A stretch of DNA of 64,000 bases from a virus. Both the position numbers and the translations under genes were made by a program. The stretch lies in IMG/VR virus record IMGVR_UViG_3300037851_000452, positions 32,001 to 96,000 of that record; one strand, given 5' to 3'. Positions 63,805-64,000 of the stretch are shown here, piece after piece; position 1 is the first letter of the stretch; every line of letters starts with the position of its first letter. The notes below the pieces were generated by a model. That model searched no databases. It was not told the origin of the DNA and saw nothing but the letters and a program-made list of their open reading frames with translations.

Positions 63805-64000
63805 GGCAACGGCCAGCCAAAAGACAAACCGAACTCGACCCTTCCGACTGACAGAACACACCACTTCGGTTCACGACAGTCCTCGACACATCAAAAGACG
63901 AGTCTCGACGTTCCAATACGACCCAATACGAATAGACTGGCCAAGACTTCGCAAGACCTGACACGCCGAAAAGACAAGTAGACTCTTCTGCCCTTGCCGC
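63805..64000 (+). repeat. Pentamer-periodic (NNC-NN) array, runs off the window
   Basis: Runs of 9 (63850), 7 (63897), 7 (63935) and at least 4 (63981) pentamers. Confidence 0.88.

Noticed and set aside
54774-64000. Calling the periodic tracts CRISPR arrays or microsatellites
   Set aside because: There are no identical 25-45 bp direct repeats and no fixed repeat unit; only GAC starts and the every-fifth C are conserved
1-64000. Alternative genetic code (TAG readthrough)
   Set aside because: Long recognisable genes are intact under code 11, and TAG ends genes at sensible positions

Overview
This window looks like part of a large (jumbo-type) dsDNA phage genome in the standard genetic code. 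The left part (1-37.7 kb, mostly minus strand) is a virion/morphogenesis block: tail-fibre-like and other structural proteins, a sigma-70-type factor, baseplate-like proteins, a tape-measure candidate, a tail-chaperone pair joined by a predicted -1 frameshift, GroES and RecA, with an inverted ATP-dependent DNA ligase. The right part (37.9-64 kb, mostly plus strand) is an early/accessory region driven by a recurrent (G)GTATAAG promoter-like motif. It carries thyX split by a group I intron with an HNH endonuclease, an amidase, radical SAM, GNAT, methyltransferase and DHH genes, four antirepressor-like genes, a Ro60 gene followed by five Y-RNA-like units, two tRNAs and two unexplained ~220-250 nt structured RNAs. 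The main candidate for a new system is a solitary Cas7/RAMP-like gene (42836-43696) with no other cas gene or CRISPR array in the window, together with six clear and a few weaker intergenic arrays built from GAC-initiated units with a C every fifth base (NNC-NN pentamers), which may be its guide RNAs. A 17-bp imperfect palindrome (TAATGACCCGGACATTA) is also dispersed in 8 copies. All calls come from reading motifs by eye; no database searches were run.
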